Both the position numbers and the translations under genes were made by a program. The notes beneath the pieces are model-generated. The model saw nothing but the letters and a program-made list of their open reading frames with translations. It was not told where the DNA came from and ran no database searches. A stretch of DNA of 64,000 nucleotides from Sphagnum compactum (taxonomy: Eukaryota), in assembly GCA_965153455.1 (NCBI GenBank), contig OZ234494.1:5022001-5086000 (forward strand), given 5' to 3'. Of this stretch, positions 13,720-27,308 are shown piece by piece (the first letter of the stretch is position 1; every line of letters begins with the position of its first letter).

Positions 13720-14600
13720 GGGACACATCCCTACCTCATCCAATCCAGACATGTTCATCCAATTGGGTGCACATTATCTTTCATCCATAATATGTTCATC
13801 CATTTAGGGACACATCCCTCCCTCATCCATAATATGTTCATCCATTTAGGGACACATCCCTCCCTCATCCATATGTGTTCATCCATGTAGGGACACATCC
13901 CTCCCTCATCATATATGTTCATCCATTTAGGGACACATCCCTCCCTCATCCATATATGTTCATCCATGTAGGGACACATCCCTCCCTCATCCATATATGT
14001 TCATCCATTTAGGGACACACACCTTCCCTTATCCATATATGTTCATCCATTTAAGGACACATCCCTCCCTCATCCATATATGTTCATCCATTTGGGGAGA
14101 CATCCCTCCCTCATCCATATATGTTCATCCATTTAGGGACACACACCCTCCCTTATCCATATATGTTCATCCATTTAAGGACACATCCCTCCCTCATCCA
14201 TATATGTTCATCCATTTGGGGACACAGCCTTCCCTCATCCATATATGTTCATCCATTTAGGGACACATCCTCCTTCATCCATATATGTTCGTCCATTTGG
14301 GGACACATCCCTCCCTCTTCCATATATGTTCGTCCATTTGGGGACACATCCCTCCCTCTTCCATATATGTTCATCCATTTGGGGACACATACCTCCTTCA
14401 TCGATATATGTTCATCCATTTAAGGACACATCCCTCCCTCATCCATATATGTTCATCCATTTAGGGACACATCCTGCCTCATCCATATTTGTCCATCCAT
14501 TTGGGGACATATCCCTCCCTCATCCACATCTATTCATCCATTTAGGGACACATCCTGCCTCATCCATATATGTTCATCCATTTTCAGGCTCATCCTCCCT
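13720..14600. repeat. 41-bp minisatellite, ~21 copies (ATCCATATATGTTCATCCATTTAGGGACACATCCCTCCCTC)
   Basis: Direct tandem units ending ~250 bp upstream of the cpLEPA ATG. Confidence 0.95.
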
Positions 14601-14850
14601 TCCTTTTGTTTCCTTGGTTTGTGGAATTGTGGAGTTGTTGCGAATGAACGGCGTTGCATCAAAGCTTCGGAGCTCGCACTCCACCACCACTGGGCCGTAA
14701 AGAAGAAGAAGGGCAGCAAAGTGCAGGATGCATGGAGGAGGAGCCTGAACAGCACAAGAGCAAGTGCATAAGCTTTTGCACAAAAAGAAAGAGTGGGGGA
14801 TTGAATGATTGATTGATTGTGCAGTCAGTGGATTGACAGCAGCAGCAGCA

Positions 14851-17136
14851 ATGGCAGTGTCAGCTTCCTGCACCACTTTACTCTGCAATTTCCACTCCTC
14901 GACTGTTGCTTCTCTCTCCCCATCACTTTGTGTAGCAGAAAGCTCCTCCTCACGTCCCTTTTCTCTCAATTCGTGCTTAACTTCTTCTTCTGCAGCAGCA
15001 TGTGGTGGCAGCAGACGTGCTAGTATAGTGGGTCATTGCTTTTGTAGGAGTAGGAGTAAAAACAGGTGGCTCCTGGCATCTTCGGAATTTTTTGGAGCCT
15101 TTACTGAAGGTGGGTTTTGCCTGCGAGAGTGGAACCTGAGATGGGTGGTGGTCCAGAAGAGACCTAACCCTAATTTAGGGTTTAAGATTCGAGCTACCGG
15201 CAGCACAATTGAGGCAAAGCCTGCCAACAATATGCCTAATGAGCCCTCTTCCTCTTCCTCCTCCTCCTCAGAGAATAATAATGGGACTGCTGAAGGTGTG
15301 GATAATGGTAAAGATAGACTTGCCAAAGTGCCAGTTGCAAACATCCGGAATTTCTCCATCATTGCGCATATAGATCATGGGAAGTCTACCTTGGCTGACA
15401 AATTGTTGCAATCCACGGGTACTGTTCTGGCAAGGGACATGAAGGAGCAGTTTCTTGACAACATGGACCTTGAGAGGGAGAGGGGCATCACCATCAAGCT
15501 CCAGGCTGCTAGGATGCGATATGTGGATAAAACCGGGGAGCCCTACTGTCTGAATTTGATTGATACCCCAGGTCATGTCGATTTCTCCTATGAGGTTTCT
15601 AGGTCTTTAGCTGCTTGTGAGGGTGCCCTCCTGGTGGTGGATGCGTCGCAGGGTGTGGAGGCTCAGACACTTGCCAATGTGTATCTTGCACTGGAATCGA
15701 ATCTAGAGATCATCCCAGTGTTGAATAAGATTGATCTTCCAGGAGCAGATCCAGAGCGCATCCGGAAGGAGATTGAGGAAATCATAGGGTTGGATTGTAG
15801 TGAAGCAATTCTCTGCTCTGCAAAGGAGGGTATAGGCATTTCGGAGATTTTGGAGTCAATTGTAAAGAAAGTACCTCCCCCCAAAGACACAACAAAAGAA
15901 CCCCTCAGAGCCCTCATATTTGATTCATACTATGATCAATACCGGGGAGTCATAGTGTACTTTAGGGTTATGGATGGGAAGGTCAAAGAAGGGGATGTTG
16001 TGCAGTTTATGGCAAGTGGGAAAGAGTATGAGGTTGCAGAGGTGGGTGTGTTGTCTCCAGTGCAAATGCCTGTCAAGGAGCTCTTTGCTGGGGAGGTAGG
16101 TTACTTAGCAGCTTCAATTCGCTCCGTTGCTGATGCTAGGGTAGGGGACACCATCACCTTGAGCAGGGCAAAAGCTGAGAAAGCTCTTCCTGGTTATCAA
16201 GAAGCTACTCCCATGGTGTTTTGTGGGCTTTTCCCAGTTGACGCTGATCAGTTTGCAGAGCTCCGAGAAGCATTGGAGAGATTGCAGCTCAACGATGCAG
16301 CACTTCAGTTTGAGCCTGAAACATCGAGTGCCATGGGATTTGGGTTCCGATGTGGTTTTCTGGGGCTTCTTCACATGGACATAGTGCAGGAAAGGCTGGA
16401 GAGAGAGTACAATCTTAATCTTATCACCACTGCTCCTAGTGTTGTCTATCGTGTCCACTGTGTAGATGGCTCAGTAGTGGAGTGTTCAAATCCTTCAGCA
16501 TTGCCTGAGGCAGGCAAACGGAAGGAAATTGAGGAACCTTATGTGAGAATCGAGCTATTGACGCCAAAAGACTACATTGGGTCACTGATGGAACTGGCAC
16601 AAGAAAGACGGGGAGAATTTAAAGAGATGAAGTTCATCACAGAGAATCGTGCCTCCCTTGTGTATTCTCTTCCCTTGGGTGAGATGGTAGGGGATTTCTT
16701 TGACCAGCTGAAGTCACGAAGCAAGGGCTATGCAAGCATGGAATACTCTGTCACAGGATACAAAGAATCAAAATTGGTGAGACTTGATATTTTGATCAAT
16801 GAAGAGATTGTTGACCCCCTGGCAGTTATAGTTCATAGGGATAAGGCCTATGCTGTTGGGCGTGCGCTCACACAGAAGCTGAAGAAACTCATACCCCGTC
16901 AACTTTTTAAGATTCCCATCCAAGCCTGCATTGGTTCAAAGGTGATCGCAAGTGAGGCTATAACTCCCATGCGGAAAGATGTGCTTGCCAAGTGCTATGG
17001 TGGTGACATCACCCGCAAGAAGAAGTTGCTGAAGAAGCAAGCAGAGGGCAAAAAGCGCATGAAGTCAGTGGGTAGGGTAGAAGTGCCTCAAGATGCCTTC
17101 ATGGCTATTCTTCGCCTGGAAAAGGAAGTTGTGTAA
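14851..17136 (+). CDS. cpLEPA: Chloroplast translation elongation factor 4 (LepA/GUF1 homolog), 761 aa, single exon
   Basis: Ser/Ala-rich N-terminal transit-peptide-like region. GTPase motifs [41 protein letters not shown]. LepA signatures [12 protein letters not shown] and [30 protein letters not shown]. First in-frame ATG at 14851 (GCAATGG); the ORF track starts at a non-ATG codon. Confidence 0.97.
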   Translation: MAVSASCTTLLCNFHSSTVASLSPSLCVAESSSSRPFSLNSCLTSSSAAACGGSRRASIVGHCFCRSRSKNRWLLASSEFFGAFTEGGFCLREWNLRWVVVQKRPNPNLGFKIRATGSTIEAKPANNMPNEPSSSSSSSSENNNGTAEGVDNGKDRLAKVPVANIRNFSIIAHIDHGKSTLADKLLQSTGTVLARDMKEQFLDNMDLERERGITIKLQAARMRYVDKTGEPYCLNLIDTPGHVDFSYEVSRSLAACEGALLVVDASQGVEAQTLANVYLALESNLEIIPVLNKIDLPGADPERIRKEIEEIIGLDCSEAILCSAKEGIGISEILESIVKKVPPPKDTTKEPLRALIFDSYYDQYRGVIVYFRVMDGKVKEGDVVQFMASGKEYEVAEVGVLSPVQMPVKELFAGEVGYLAASIRSVADARVGDTITLSRAKAEKALPGYQEATPMVFCGLFPVDADQFAELREALERLQLNDAALQFEPETSSAMGFGFRCGFLGLLHMDIVQERLEREYNLNLITTAPSVVYRVHCVDGSVVECSNPSALPEAGKRKEIEEPYVRIELLTPKDYIGSLMELAQERRGEFKEMKFITENRASLVYSLPLGEMVGDFFDQLKSRSKGYASMEYSVTGYKESKLVRLDILINEEIVDPLAVIVHRDKAYAVGRALTQKLKKLIPRQLFKIPIQACIGSKVIASEAITPMRKDVLAKCYGGDITRKKKLLKKQAEGKKRMKSVGRVEVPQDAFMAILRLEKEVV

Positions 17137-17379
17137 ATTACCAGTGTATTGTAACATACAACTGGAGGCAAATTTGTTCATCATTTACTTAGTTCCGTCT
17201 TAGGACTATCCAAAGCAATTGGAGCTTGAAGGTTGGGGAATGCATATAGGTGGATCTTCCTTTCTAAATTGCTGTCATACTCTCCAGATTGAGATCTCAT
17301 TTGTATTTGAAGTCAACAGAACTCCGTAGGCCTGTGGAGCATAAATCACTAACTCTGCAGTGGAAAATGTATGTTTTTT

Positions 17380-18670
17380 TTGCTTCAGTGTTGAGTGACA
17401 TTCTTGCAAATGAACTGTGTAAGACAGTCCTGTGTCATCATATGTGATCAAATTCTGTTTTTACATCCTCTTGAAGGTACTGTTGAGTTCCACACTGCTG
17501 GAGTAGTCCAAATAGAATCAGGAATATGTCCTAGGCTTCCAGTCAATCCCAGACAATTTCTGGAGCTCCTTTACATAGGTCACTTGGGAATCTTGGTTTC
17601 TGTGAGTTTTAGACACAGACCCAAACTTGTGTGATCAGGGATTTCCATTATTGACTTGGTTGAAAGCTCCATATACAGATGTTTATATTATTTTTTGCTT
17701 TAAGATGCTGAGCAGATTCTTATATAATTATCTACACCCAATGTCAGGAGCTGATGCAATGAGGGTGGAAGTAAAGGCAGCTAGTCACTTCCATTCAGGA
17801 TGAAAGTGATGGTCTGATATGTGAGTGACAAGGTTATGACTGCACTCGTTCTTCTAATGTTTGTTTTGGTTTGACCTTCAACTTGTTTTGTTGGATTTTT
17901 CTCTGCAGTCTCATTGATACATTCCACCCAAGCTTAGCCAACATAAGCTTGGACTTTACAGGATCTTAGAAGAGCTATGCTATCTGCCAATCACCATGTC
18001 TACTTCAGGCTTTGAAGGGATCAAGCCATCATGACAGGAGCTGTAGACCACTCCCTCAGCCCTATTGACACTTGCTCTGTCCATCTTGAATCAATGACAT
18101 CCTTCTGTTACAAGGCGCACCTCTCAGGCGGGCTTCTGTGAAACGCCTCCGGGTAGTGTATATCATGACATAACTTTCTGTAAAATCAGCCAATTTTTGA
18201 ACTTCTGTTCTCCTCCCTCTTGTGTAAATAGTGATTGATTTGTTCAATGAGAAGTGAGCTTCACATGAATGTTCCAGGGTTCTTAGTTGGAAAGTCTTGT
18301 AACAGCATCGGACACAGGTCTCCAGTTTCATCACAATGGGTTCTCTGCCTAGGTTTCCTGCCAAGTTGTATTATTGTGTGCCTTGTTTCTGCACAATGGA
18401 TCAGTAGATACAAAACCCTGACACATGCGCTTCTTATAAGCGTCTGTGACAGATCCATAGCCTTTTGGTGGGCCTGCCAGGATTATTCAATCTGCTTCAG
18501 CTCTGTTGACAGTCCTGTCTTTTGACTGGTGAGTATGAGAGGGTTTAGTGTTAGGGCTGTCTTCTTGATCTGATTGCTAGATTTCATAGCACGGATGGGA
18601 TACTTTTGAGGTGCAATGCCAAATGACAAAATCAGGAGATAGTCTTCTCATGAAGTTAAACATGCATAGA
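17380..18670 (-). pseudogene. Decayed coding segment (5' part) of an uncharacterised plant protein gene
   Basis: Minus-strand frames broken by stops and frameshifts: EDYLLILSFGIAPQKYPIRAMK...QKTGLSTELKQIE*SWQAHQK; VRCCYKTFQLRTLEH; LAKLGWNVSMRLQRKIQQNKLKVKP; YVKELQKLSGIDWKPRTYS*FYLDYSSSVELNSTFKRM*KQNLITYDDTG. Family resemblance is from memory only. Confidence 0.55.
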
Positions 18671-19110
18671 TCACAAGCCATAGCAGTGGGAGGGATCTTC
18701 AGGGATACAAAGGGTTCTCCAAAGACACTAGGAAATTTCTCGAAGTGCATTCCATTTATTGTGCTCACAACCCTTTGCAATATGCAGATGGGCTTTGTGC
18801 AAATTATGTATTCATGGCCAAATATGACTTTGCATATGACTGGACAAATACTTGCGAGCTTGTTAAACGAGGGCTACCCTGACATATCCCTCCTAAAGAG
18901 GAACACAAGGTGAAGGATCGAGTTCAAACAATACCTGAACAATCCACACCCTAGCAGCCAGATTTCTAATCTCTCTGGAGATTCACCACTAGAACTTGTT
19001 GAATTGGACGAGCTAGACCCAGCATGAGCAAAAGAAAAGAAGAGGAAGATCATAGTTTTTCTGCCACAAGGAGTTCCTTTCCTGATGATTAAATACCACA
19101 AATTAGAAGT
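18670..19110 (+). pseudogene. Decayed coding segment (3'/C-terminal part) of probably the same gene, opposite strand
   Basis: 70 open codons at 18670-18879: ...QGYKGFSKDTRKFLEVHSIYCAHNPLQYADGLCANYVFMAKYDFAYDWTNTCELVKRGLP, then TGA and HIPPKEEHK..., later LPQGVPF in a shifted frame. Confidence 0.6.
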
Positions 19111-19199
19111 TGAATATTTTTCTTTGATCTGTTGGAAAATTCAATCCATTCAAAAACATATGTTTTGCTAGTCACCAATGGGGGCAATGAGATGCAAAT

Positions 19200-19560
19200 C
19201 CAATCCATGTTTTAACAAGTTGAATTATAAACTTGAAATGCTTATAGGAGAATCACTAGATGCACAAGACAACGTGCAACCAATTAGTGGCACCCGTTGC
19301 TTTTGGTGAGAACAACATTGAATTAAGATAAATTTTTCAACTTTGGCGATTGTGTTTATGATTTCCCAAAGGGATGAAATCTCATTTCGGAACAAACATT
19401 GGTTTGGCCCTTATCAAATTCAATATCATTTACTTAACAATTCTACATTATTAATTACATTGTATATGTTTGACCTATATCCTATACTAGTTAATGTCAA
19501 TAAACTAAAATTGAATAGGTTTGTTGAACAAGTAGTTGCTTAGCTTGTTACATAACACCA
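19200..19560 (+). mobile_element. Ty3/gypsy-like integrase C-terminal (GPY/F) fragment, degenerate
   Basis: WFGPYQIQYHLLNNSTLLITL...PILVNVNKLK resembles the GPY/F module and its downstream 'vNv..LK' motif. Confidence 0.55.
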
Positions 19561-22500
19561 CTTATTGTTACCCAAACTATTTCATAAGAAACTACACAAG
19601 TTGTTTTTCAACCTATCATGACACAACCAAAATATTGGCAAAAGCCTATTATTTAGGGTTTTATATACTTGTCAAGGATGATTATTATAAGAACTTGAGA
19701 AAATGTTAGTTTGCTATCATTATTTTCCAAACTGCAAGGAGATATTCATCATAACCCACTAACTATCATAATGGACACTAACCCATTAGTAGCCCATGTG
19801 TGTGTAGTTAAGGTGACAACTATGAAGTATAACCCTAAGACATCTTCTTTTAATGAAGCTGACCTAATAAGGGAACAAACAAAAAACCTAAATAGAAATA
19901 GTTGCAATAGTTCAAGCCATAATTTCATAATTAATTGTCATAGTAATTGTATCAAAGGTGGTTGACTTATTTCTTTCAGTCATTTTTTTTCTTTCCAAGC
20001 TCCAACATGAATGGAGAAAATACAATAGATGACGTATTTAGTTAATTTTGGAAATTTAAAATTTCAATATTAGTAAATGACCATTTGGTGATTTGAAATT
20101 TGAAAAAAAAAAAATTGATTTGGGGGCCATCATACGATGTAACAATATATATTAGTAATTTGTTTTCCTAAATAGATGATCCAACAAATGGATGTTTCCA
20201 ATGTTTTTGTTTCAAGTTCAATAGAAAACTTGAAACAAAACTAATAGTTTAGTTTAGAATTAACTAAATACATGTTATAAACAATATTAAATGCATCATA
20301 AGAAAAATAAATTAAGAGAGTGGATGAGTTTACTCACATACCCGAAGTGCAACTCCTTAATGCAAAGTAGTAAACATCACGACCATTGTTGCAACCATCA
20401 TTGATATGGGTGGTCTTTATGGAAGATTTTTGCACAAGCACAATGTAAAATGTAAATTTGTATTTCAATCTTGGAAAAACCACGCAAATGAAGTAATGCA
20501 CCACCATAAAAAATTGTAAACCAATCCAAAAACTATGATTCTTCCAATCCTAGTAAAAACGTAACATGGCTAGGCCAACTTGTGTAGTCACATGTTAAGG
20601 ACACCTAAAAATCACCATCATTGGTGTAGTAAGCAACATGTTCACCTTTCAACATTTGAGGTGGGGATGATTTGATAAATGAATAGGTCATTCACCAACA
20701 ATTTCAAATGAAAATTATTTTGTTATAATTAATCTTGAGCTGCAACTTGTAATGACTTTGGCACACTTGTCTAATTCCAAAACATGTCCCTAAAATTCAA
20801 TAGGTCCTTGATGTTTAATAGTGCCACAAATTGATGACCATGCCCTAATTTTTAATTCCACCAGTCAAGTTTAATGCATTTTTTCACTTTAACATTTATT
20901 TTTATCATCTTTTTAGCTTAAGGATCCAAACAACATAAAATAGCTTAGTTTATCATCCCTTCTCACCAAATAAAAGTAGATTTTATACTTTTATATTTTA
21001 GGCCTTTTAACAATGCTAAAATTCACAGGATGTATTTATCATATTGAATAAATCATATATGATCATCCCTCATGAATTTTATTATTTGAACTATTTTATT
21101 TATTCATTGCAAGTTTATTAACATGGGATTAATATGGTACTTTTTCCAAATTAAACAATTCAAATGATCTACTAATGTGCGAGCCATCATTCGTGTAGAT
21201 ACAAAAAAATTGGAACTTTAATATTTCAATTGTGACAATATTAAGCCTTTCAAAAATAAATTTTCTTTACAAGTGAAGGTCTAAAGCATTTTAAAAAAAA
21301 ATTCTATATGCAAAATACATTTTTTGTTTATAACATGCAAACAATTAATAAATGCACAATATGTCTAGATTTCATAAATTATTCCACATCAATGTGGAAA
21401 CTTGGGTTACTTTATGCAATTAGAAAAAATATCACATTTTTTTGGAAATAGATTGAAAATATACTACAAGTGTTTAATTGATTTCTTTAATTTCTAAAAA
21501 CTTGTCCATATCACATTTGATACGTTCATGTAATTCAAAAGGTTGATTTCACTAAACACCACTTAAAGGGGTAGGTTATTAATTAATGTTTGTTTTAAAT
21601 TAATGATTAATTCTAGAATACTAGCTATTTATACTATTAGTATGGAAAGATACAATGTCCATTTTGCCACATATGAATTTTGCTAGATTTGGCTTATTCC
21701 CTTGGGACCATGCATGTTCATGATATCACCATATGAATTAAGTCCACCTATATTTGGGAGCTTTTTCATTGTAAGTGGGAACAAAGTGTGAACACCATGC
21801 AAACCCCCCACCCCCCAACTCAAAAAAGTTCAAAGATCACTTTGTGGTCACACACCACCATGCACTGGTCTTGTGCACTTTGAAAACTTGAAGGGGGTTA
21901 TGTGGAAACATTGTCACCATATGAAGGTCCCTTGAAGCTTGAAAAGTTCAACAATGCCTTTGTGAAGCACGATGACCATGCAAAGCTTGAATTGAGTTTT
22001 ATCAAAGCACCATTGCTATGCCCCCCCCCAATCCCATTTTCACACTTGTGGCAATACATCACACCTAGGGATCATTGTTTAATCCATGGTGAAAGCTAGT
22101 TAGGTGGATTGTTTATATTGTCATAGTCTTGGTGTGTACATGGATTGGAAATGAACTTAATATGTAAATTCATATTCAACATTAACATATTAAATTAATT
22201 TTGCATTTATATGGATGTTGTAATAGACTTTAGTAAGGAACATATTAGAAAATATGGATGAATTCAAAGAAAAAGAGGAAATTGATGATAATGGATTCTT
22301 GAAATAATGACACTATTATTGTTGTGCATACAAAATTTATACATGAAAAAAATATGACATCATAATATCAAAACAAATAAAAATTTCTTCAAGTTTAACA
22401 ATTTGCTTACACAATGACATTTAGTGTTTGATTATCCCCTATTAGGGAATCAAAAGCCACATAAGGCCAAAGCGAAAATGGGTATTCAAAGAATTGCTAC

Positions 22501-25500
22501 TTTTGAATGATATTTTCCATTTGGTTTGTTGGCCACCATTCATATCATAGAATGCGATTAAACTCATTGAAAAAACTATTGTTTCTTTTTTATGCTTATT
22601 ATTTACCCACCCAAATAACCAAACAACATGACAATAAAAAAAATGGAAATTATGAGGACTTGGGGTTTTTGGCCAAAACATTCCCTTTAGCTTCTACACA
22701 TTTAGCAACTTCTGCTTATCAATAAATGAACACACTTGTTGTCTGATCAACTTGTGTTTTTTGACCTCTAACCAATATTCCATTCTATATGGAACTTAGG
22801 GCAATGCTGTTCTTTATAAAGAGTTTCAATAGTTTTAAGGTGGTTGCAAAATAAGGTGAATCATTTTGCATCACACTTGAATTTCTTGTAAAATGTTATG
22901 CATTGACATACTATTAACATGCCATAAAATCATCACTATGACATAATTTTCATTGGATTAAGATCTTAAACTTGAATAAAATACATTTGTATATAAAATT
23001 ATATATATATATAAAAGAATAACAAACTTTTGAATTTGAAAAATATGGGTTAAACTTTTATTTGTGGCCTTATATAAATATATTTTTTCCTCTGGATTTT
23101 ATTTGGGATATCTTGTAGGGACCCAATATATGATATTTAAAAGCAAAATGAACATAGATGTAATTTTTTTTCTATAAAATATATTAATTTAAAAAAAGAA
23201 CTATTTAATGATTTTAAATGGACCTTATTTTTGAATGTCCATTTCATAATATTTTTTTGATGGATTTCCAACTTTTTTAAATTTATTTTATAGAATTATC
23301 TAGTTGGGTTTTTATTTATTTGAAATTTATTGGTTGATTAATCACCTTGTAGTCCCCCACTTAGGCAATCATATCACAATGAATTGTCATTTTAAACATT
23401 ACCAAATGGATTTTTGTATGGACTATTTATCTATTGAAATTAATCCACCTTACCTTGCAACCACCTTTTAGCCATTGTTTAAAACAACCTTCATGTAATG
23501 TTGTTTAGTTGTGTTAATTTGTTCACCTAACAAACTACATGTTGTTTAACAAACTTATTGAAATAATGTTAATGATTGCTATAACAAACAATTGAATTCA
23601 TGTTCATGTCTTGAAACATGGGTGCTCAAGGAATCAAACTAATCAAATGAATGAAAGGAATGTCTTGTCGCGTACATGGATTAAACAAATGAACAAGTCA
23701 TTGGCTTTCATGTCAATTTTGCACATTATAGATACATGAATCTTCCTCTCATGTTACAAAACCCACAAAAACTCATGCAATAGACCTTCAAAAACATAAA
23801 AACTCCTATTGCAAGGGTGGGAGGGACTCATTTAAGTCCAACAATTACATGCCATGCATGTCAAACTTTTGAACTTTTGGATAAATGTTTGGGGGGGGGG
23901 AAGTGAACTAGCCTAGTCCATAGTGATGTTTAAAATTTAATATGACCATTGTATTCAAAAGTATGTACAAAATGGTAAAATTCGTCAAATGCCATGTTTT
24001 TTCTCATGGGATATTTGAAGCTATTGGAATATTAAGTGGAAGCAGAAGGTCCCTTCAAGTTGATGGAAACTTGTGAATATTCAACATATTGCTCAACTTT
24101 ACAAGATGAATTGCAAATGCATACTATAAGACGAAAACAAAGTTGGTTTTGAATAAAAATTGCCAATTATTACGATTGATATATATGGATGAATTCCATT
24201 GGTATAAATTTATGTAAGATTCATTGAAGTACTATATTTACAATTTGTTTTAACTCAAAAGCCAATTAATCAAAATTTGATGTATTTGTTTTGAAAAATA
24301 GTAGGATAAAGGTTTGCAAAGAAAGGGAATTAGGTATTCACAAATTACTAGATGGTTTGTACACATGAATCCACTAATGCATTTAAAGGTTAGGATTAAT
24401 GAAAGTAAGTTTTAATATAGTAAAAACCTATCCAATGTAACTACTTGAGAATGTGTCTATTATAGGGCCAAAAAAAAATTCTCCTCCCCAATTGCTTATG
24501 CATGTATGGTGATATAACCAAAAAATAAAGGGGATCTTAAATTTGATTCCCGTATTAGGACACTTTGATTGGAAAGACACTATTTACATGTACATGGTCT
24601 CACATATGGTACTTTTGATTGTCAACAAGGCATAACATCTACCTTTTTGAACAAAATTTACATGTCAATGAATCAATCCTTCTTTGAAATGTTCACACAA
24701 AAAATTCATTAAAATTGCACTTGCATCAAAAGGCCCTTACATTAATAGATAATGTTGGCACAACACAAACAACATTTAATTGCAACGAAATCCTTGGCAT
24801 TCGATTTTCACCACATTGGACCTAGCACAACAAGGATTTGTTAAATGGAAATAACATTTGGATTAAAACATTCAATTTGCCCCATTGGGTCCATCTTTAT
24901 TTTCATCTTCATACACATCAACTTTCATTAGTAGATTGAAGTTTTCTTCAATTGACTCCTCTCAATCCCAATATGTATTGAAGATTCCCACATTTCACCT
25001 CCACATCTCTTTAAACATACTAACATTTGACTTGTTGTAATTCAATTTGATAAAGATAACCCAATTCCCCAAATTATATTCACCACCCCATTCCTTCAAT
25101 TTCCACAAATTATTCCCATTTATTGAACTCTCAACAATTCTTTACATGAAGTATGTTCATGCTAATATGCCCATAATTGATGTTCAATAAGACCATTTCT
25201 TTAATACTCATGCTAGTTTATGCACAACCTTCAAAGACAAGAACCAACATGCAAAATCCCTCAAGCCTCTTTTTATGTTCTCTCAACCATTCCATCCACA
25301 ACTTCTACTTTGCAAGCACTAAAACATAAAAATTGTCTCTTGCCAACATTGATAAACACTCAAAGTACTTTTAATTTCTCATAATCCCCCTTAGTTAGTA
25401 AACCCAAACCTCCTAATCCTATCATCATCTCCATGGCATTTCCATGTTTTATTAAATGTGTCACAAACCTTTGCACTTATAAAACAATTTGGCTTTCAAT

Positions 25501-26562
25501 TTTTTACAACATGTGAAAACACACAGTACATTTGCACATCAATTTCATACCAAAAATCATGAGAAATCGTTCGAGTTTAAGCACATTTCCATTTGTTCAA
25601 TATTGGCCTCTTATTTGGACATTGCAAGCATCATTGTTCTAGATCACATCATTACATTTAGCAAAGAAGCTTCCCAAAAATCAACGTAGATCCTTTATCT
25701 ACACGACCAAAAAACCAACAATACAAATAATGAAAACAACTTGCAAAATATCTCACCATTACTTGCTCACACTTTGTAGTTATCTAGCTTTCATTAGTTG
25801 TCATATGGAATATCATGACAACCTTTCCAATTGCTACATTCACCTTTGCCAAAAGTTGATGTTGCCATAGGTAAACCCTAATGGACTTCATCCAATTATT
25901 TTCACACCCCTCCAATATGCTTGACCTCCTTTCACACTACAATGATATGTTCCAAATCTACTTACAAGCTTTTTGCCATAAAAGCCCATGTATAAAAGTG
26001 TAGGTTGGGACTTTGAAGCATGGTGATCCATTTGGAATTTGCCCTCCAAGCCAACCAATCACAACACCACCCAAAAGGGTAGTTTAAAAGACACCCCAAT
26101 ACCAACAACCCAATAGTCACAAGCATACAAAAATTAAAGCCCATACTACTAGCCCATGGTCTCAATAATACATGCCATATACAAACTTGGAGGTAACAAA
26201 ATAGGTGCATCAAACCCCACAACACATGGGAATAATGAAAAGACAACCACTTTGATGAGGAACACAACCATGAAGTCCTACAACATAAGAGATCTTGTAC
26301 AACAATGCTATAGAACATAAACAATAGAGCTCCTCATTTATAAATGCCAAAACCACTACCAAATACAAAGAACAAAAGAGAAGAAAAGAACATATATATA
26401 TCTTTTGGGGAGCCAAAATAATGACTCATTCATTCCTAGGAATGCCACCAAGACCAAATTCATACCAACCCAACCATACCAACTCAACCTCGAGGTTTCC
26501 ATGTGAACTTAAAGATGGATCACAAAACAAGTTATAATATATAGATTTAATAAACAATGATG

Positions 26563-26850
26563 TAGTGTTCTTTTAAGGATTTTTGTGAAGTGGTTAAAGG
26601 GGAGATAATTTATCTCCATGATATAATAATTTAGCCAAATTTGGCAATATACTAAATATAATAATGGTAGAAAAGAACCACAATCCAACTATATGCTTGG
26701 CTACCTACTCAAACTTATCAATAAAATCTGAAGATTTGGAAAAATAAAATAAAATAAAATAAAACCTCAAAAATCTGATGATTAAAAAAAAATAAAAATT
26801 TGTGCAATATGCTTTGTGTAGGTCAAAATTTTGAACCCTTCTAGATTGAC
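26563..26850 (+). mobile_element. hAT-type MITE copy (degenerate)
   Basis: Family core TTTAGCCAAATTTGGC...TTGGCTACCTACT; 5' end TAGTG. Confidence 0.65.
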
Positions 26851-27308
26851 CCTTCTGTAACCGCGAACCCCAGTTTCATCCCCAATTTGAGTGTGGCCAT
26901 TGTAAAGTGAGTCAAACTGGGTACCGTTTAATGAAAACTGGGCATGAGTGTAGGGGTAATGCCCAAGGGCATGGATATATTACCAGAATAAGGGCCCACA
27001 CAAAGGCCGATGAATCAAAAGAACCGCTGAAGCATTTCAAAAACTTCATAGAACCACCGGGTTTTGGGAAAGAACCGACGGTTTTCTAAGCGGTTATTTG
27101 ACTTTTTCAATAAAAAAATGAGAACCATGGTGATATATATATATATAAGAACTGGGTATTTAAAGTTTTTTTTAATAACCGCTTGTAGTAGTGGGCCTCC
27201 TATGTTAGAGGAGGCAATTTAAGGTGCCCTCCAAATACACTTAAGGAAATTTCTCCAATGGCATTACTAGGTGAACAAAACAAACCCAAAATCCTCACTA
27301 CAAAGTTT

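Noticed and set aside
13684-14755. Multiple ORFs (MFIHLGTH...) and a CRISPR-like repeat appearance
   Set aside because: These are contiguous 41-bp tandem units with no unique spacers and no cas genes, in a eukaryotic context.
17821-17908. Plus-strand GTGAGT...CTGCAG intron-like segment in the cpLEPA 3' flank
   Set aside because: It coincides with a minus-strand pseudogene frame (LGW...KLKV), so it may be coincidental. It cannot be supported without RNA data.
18539-18557. Telomere-like AGGGTTTAGTGTTAGGG as filler DNA at the inversion junction
   Set aside because: It lies inside an open minus-strand frame (ALTLNPL); the junction is further right, at ~18670.
20300-26480. Degenerate coding-like stretches (also 36100-36800, 38000-39400, 49400-51620)
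   Set aside because: Probably old TE ORF debris, but I could not recognise any diagnostic motif.
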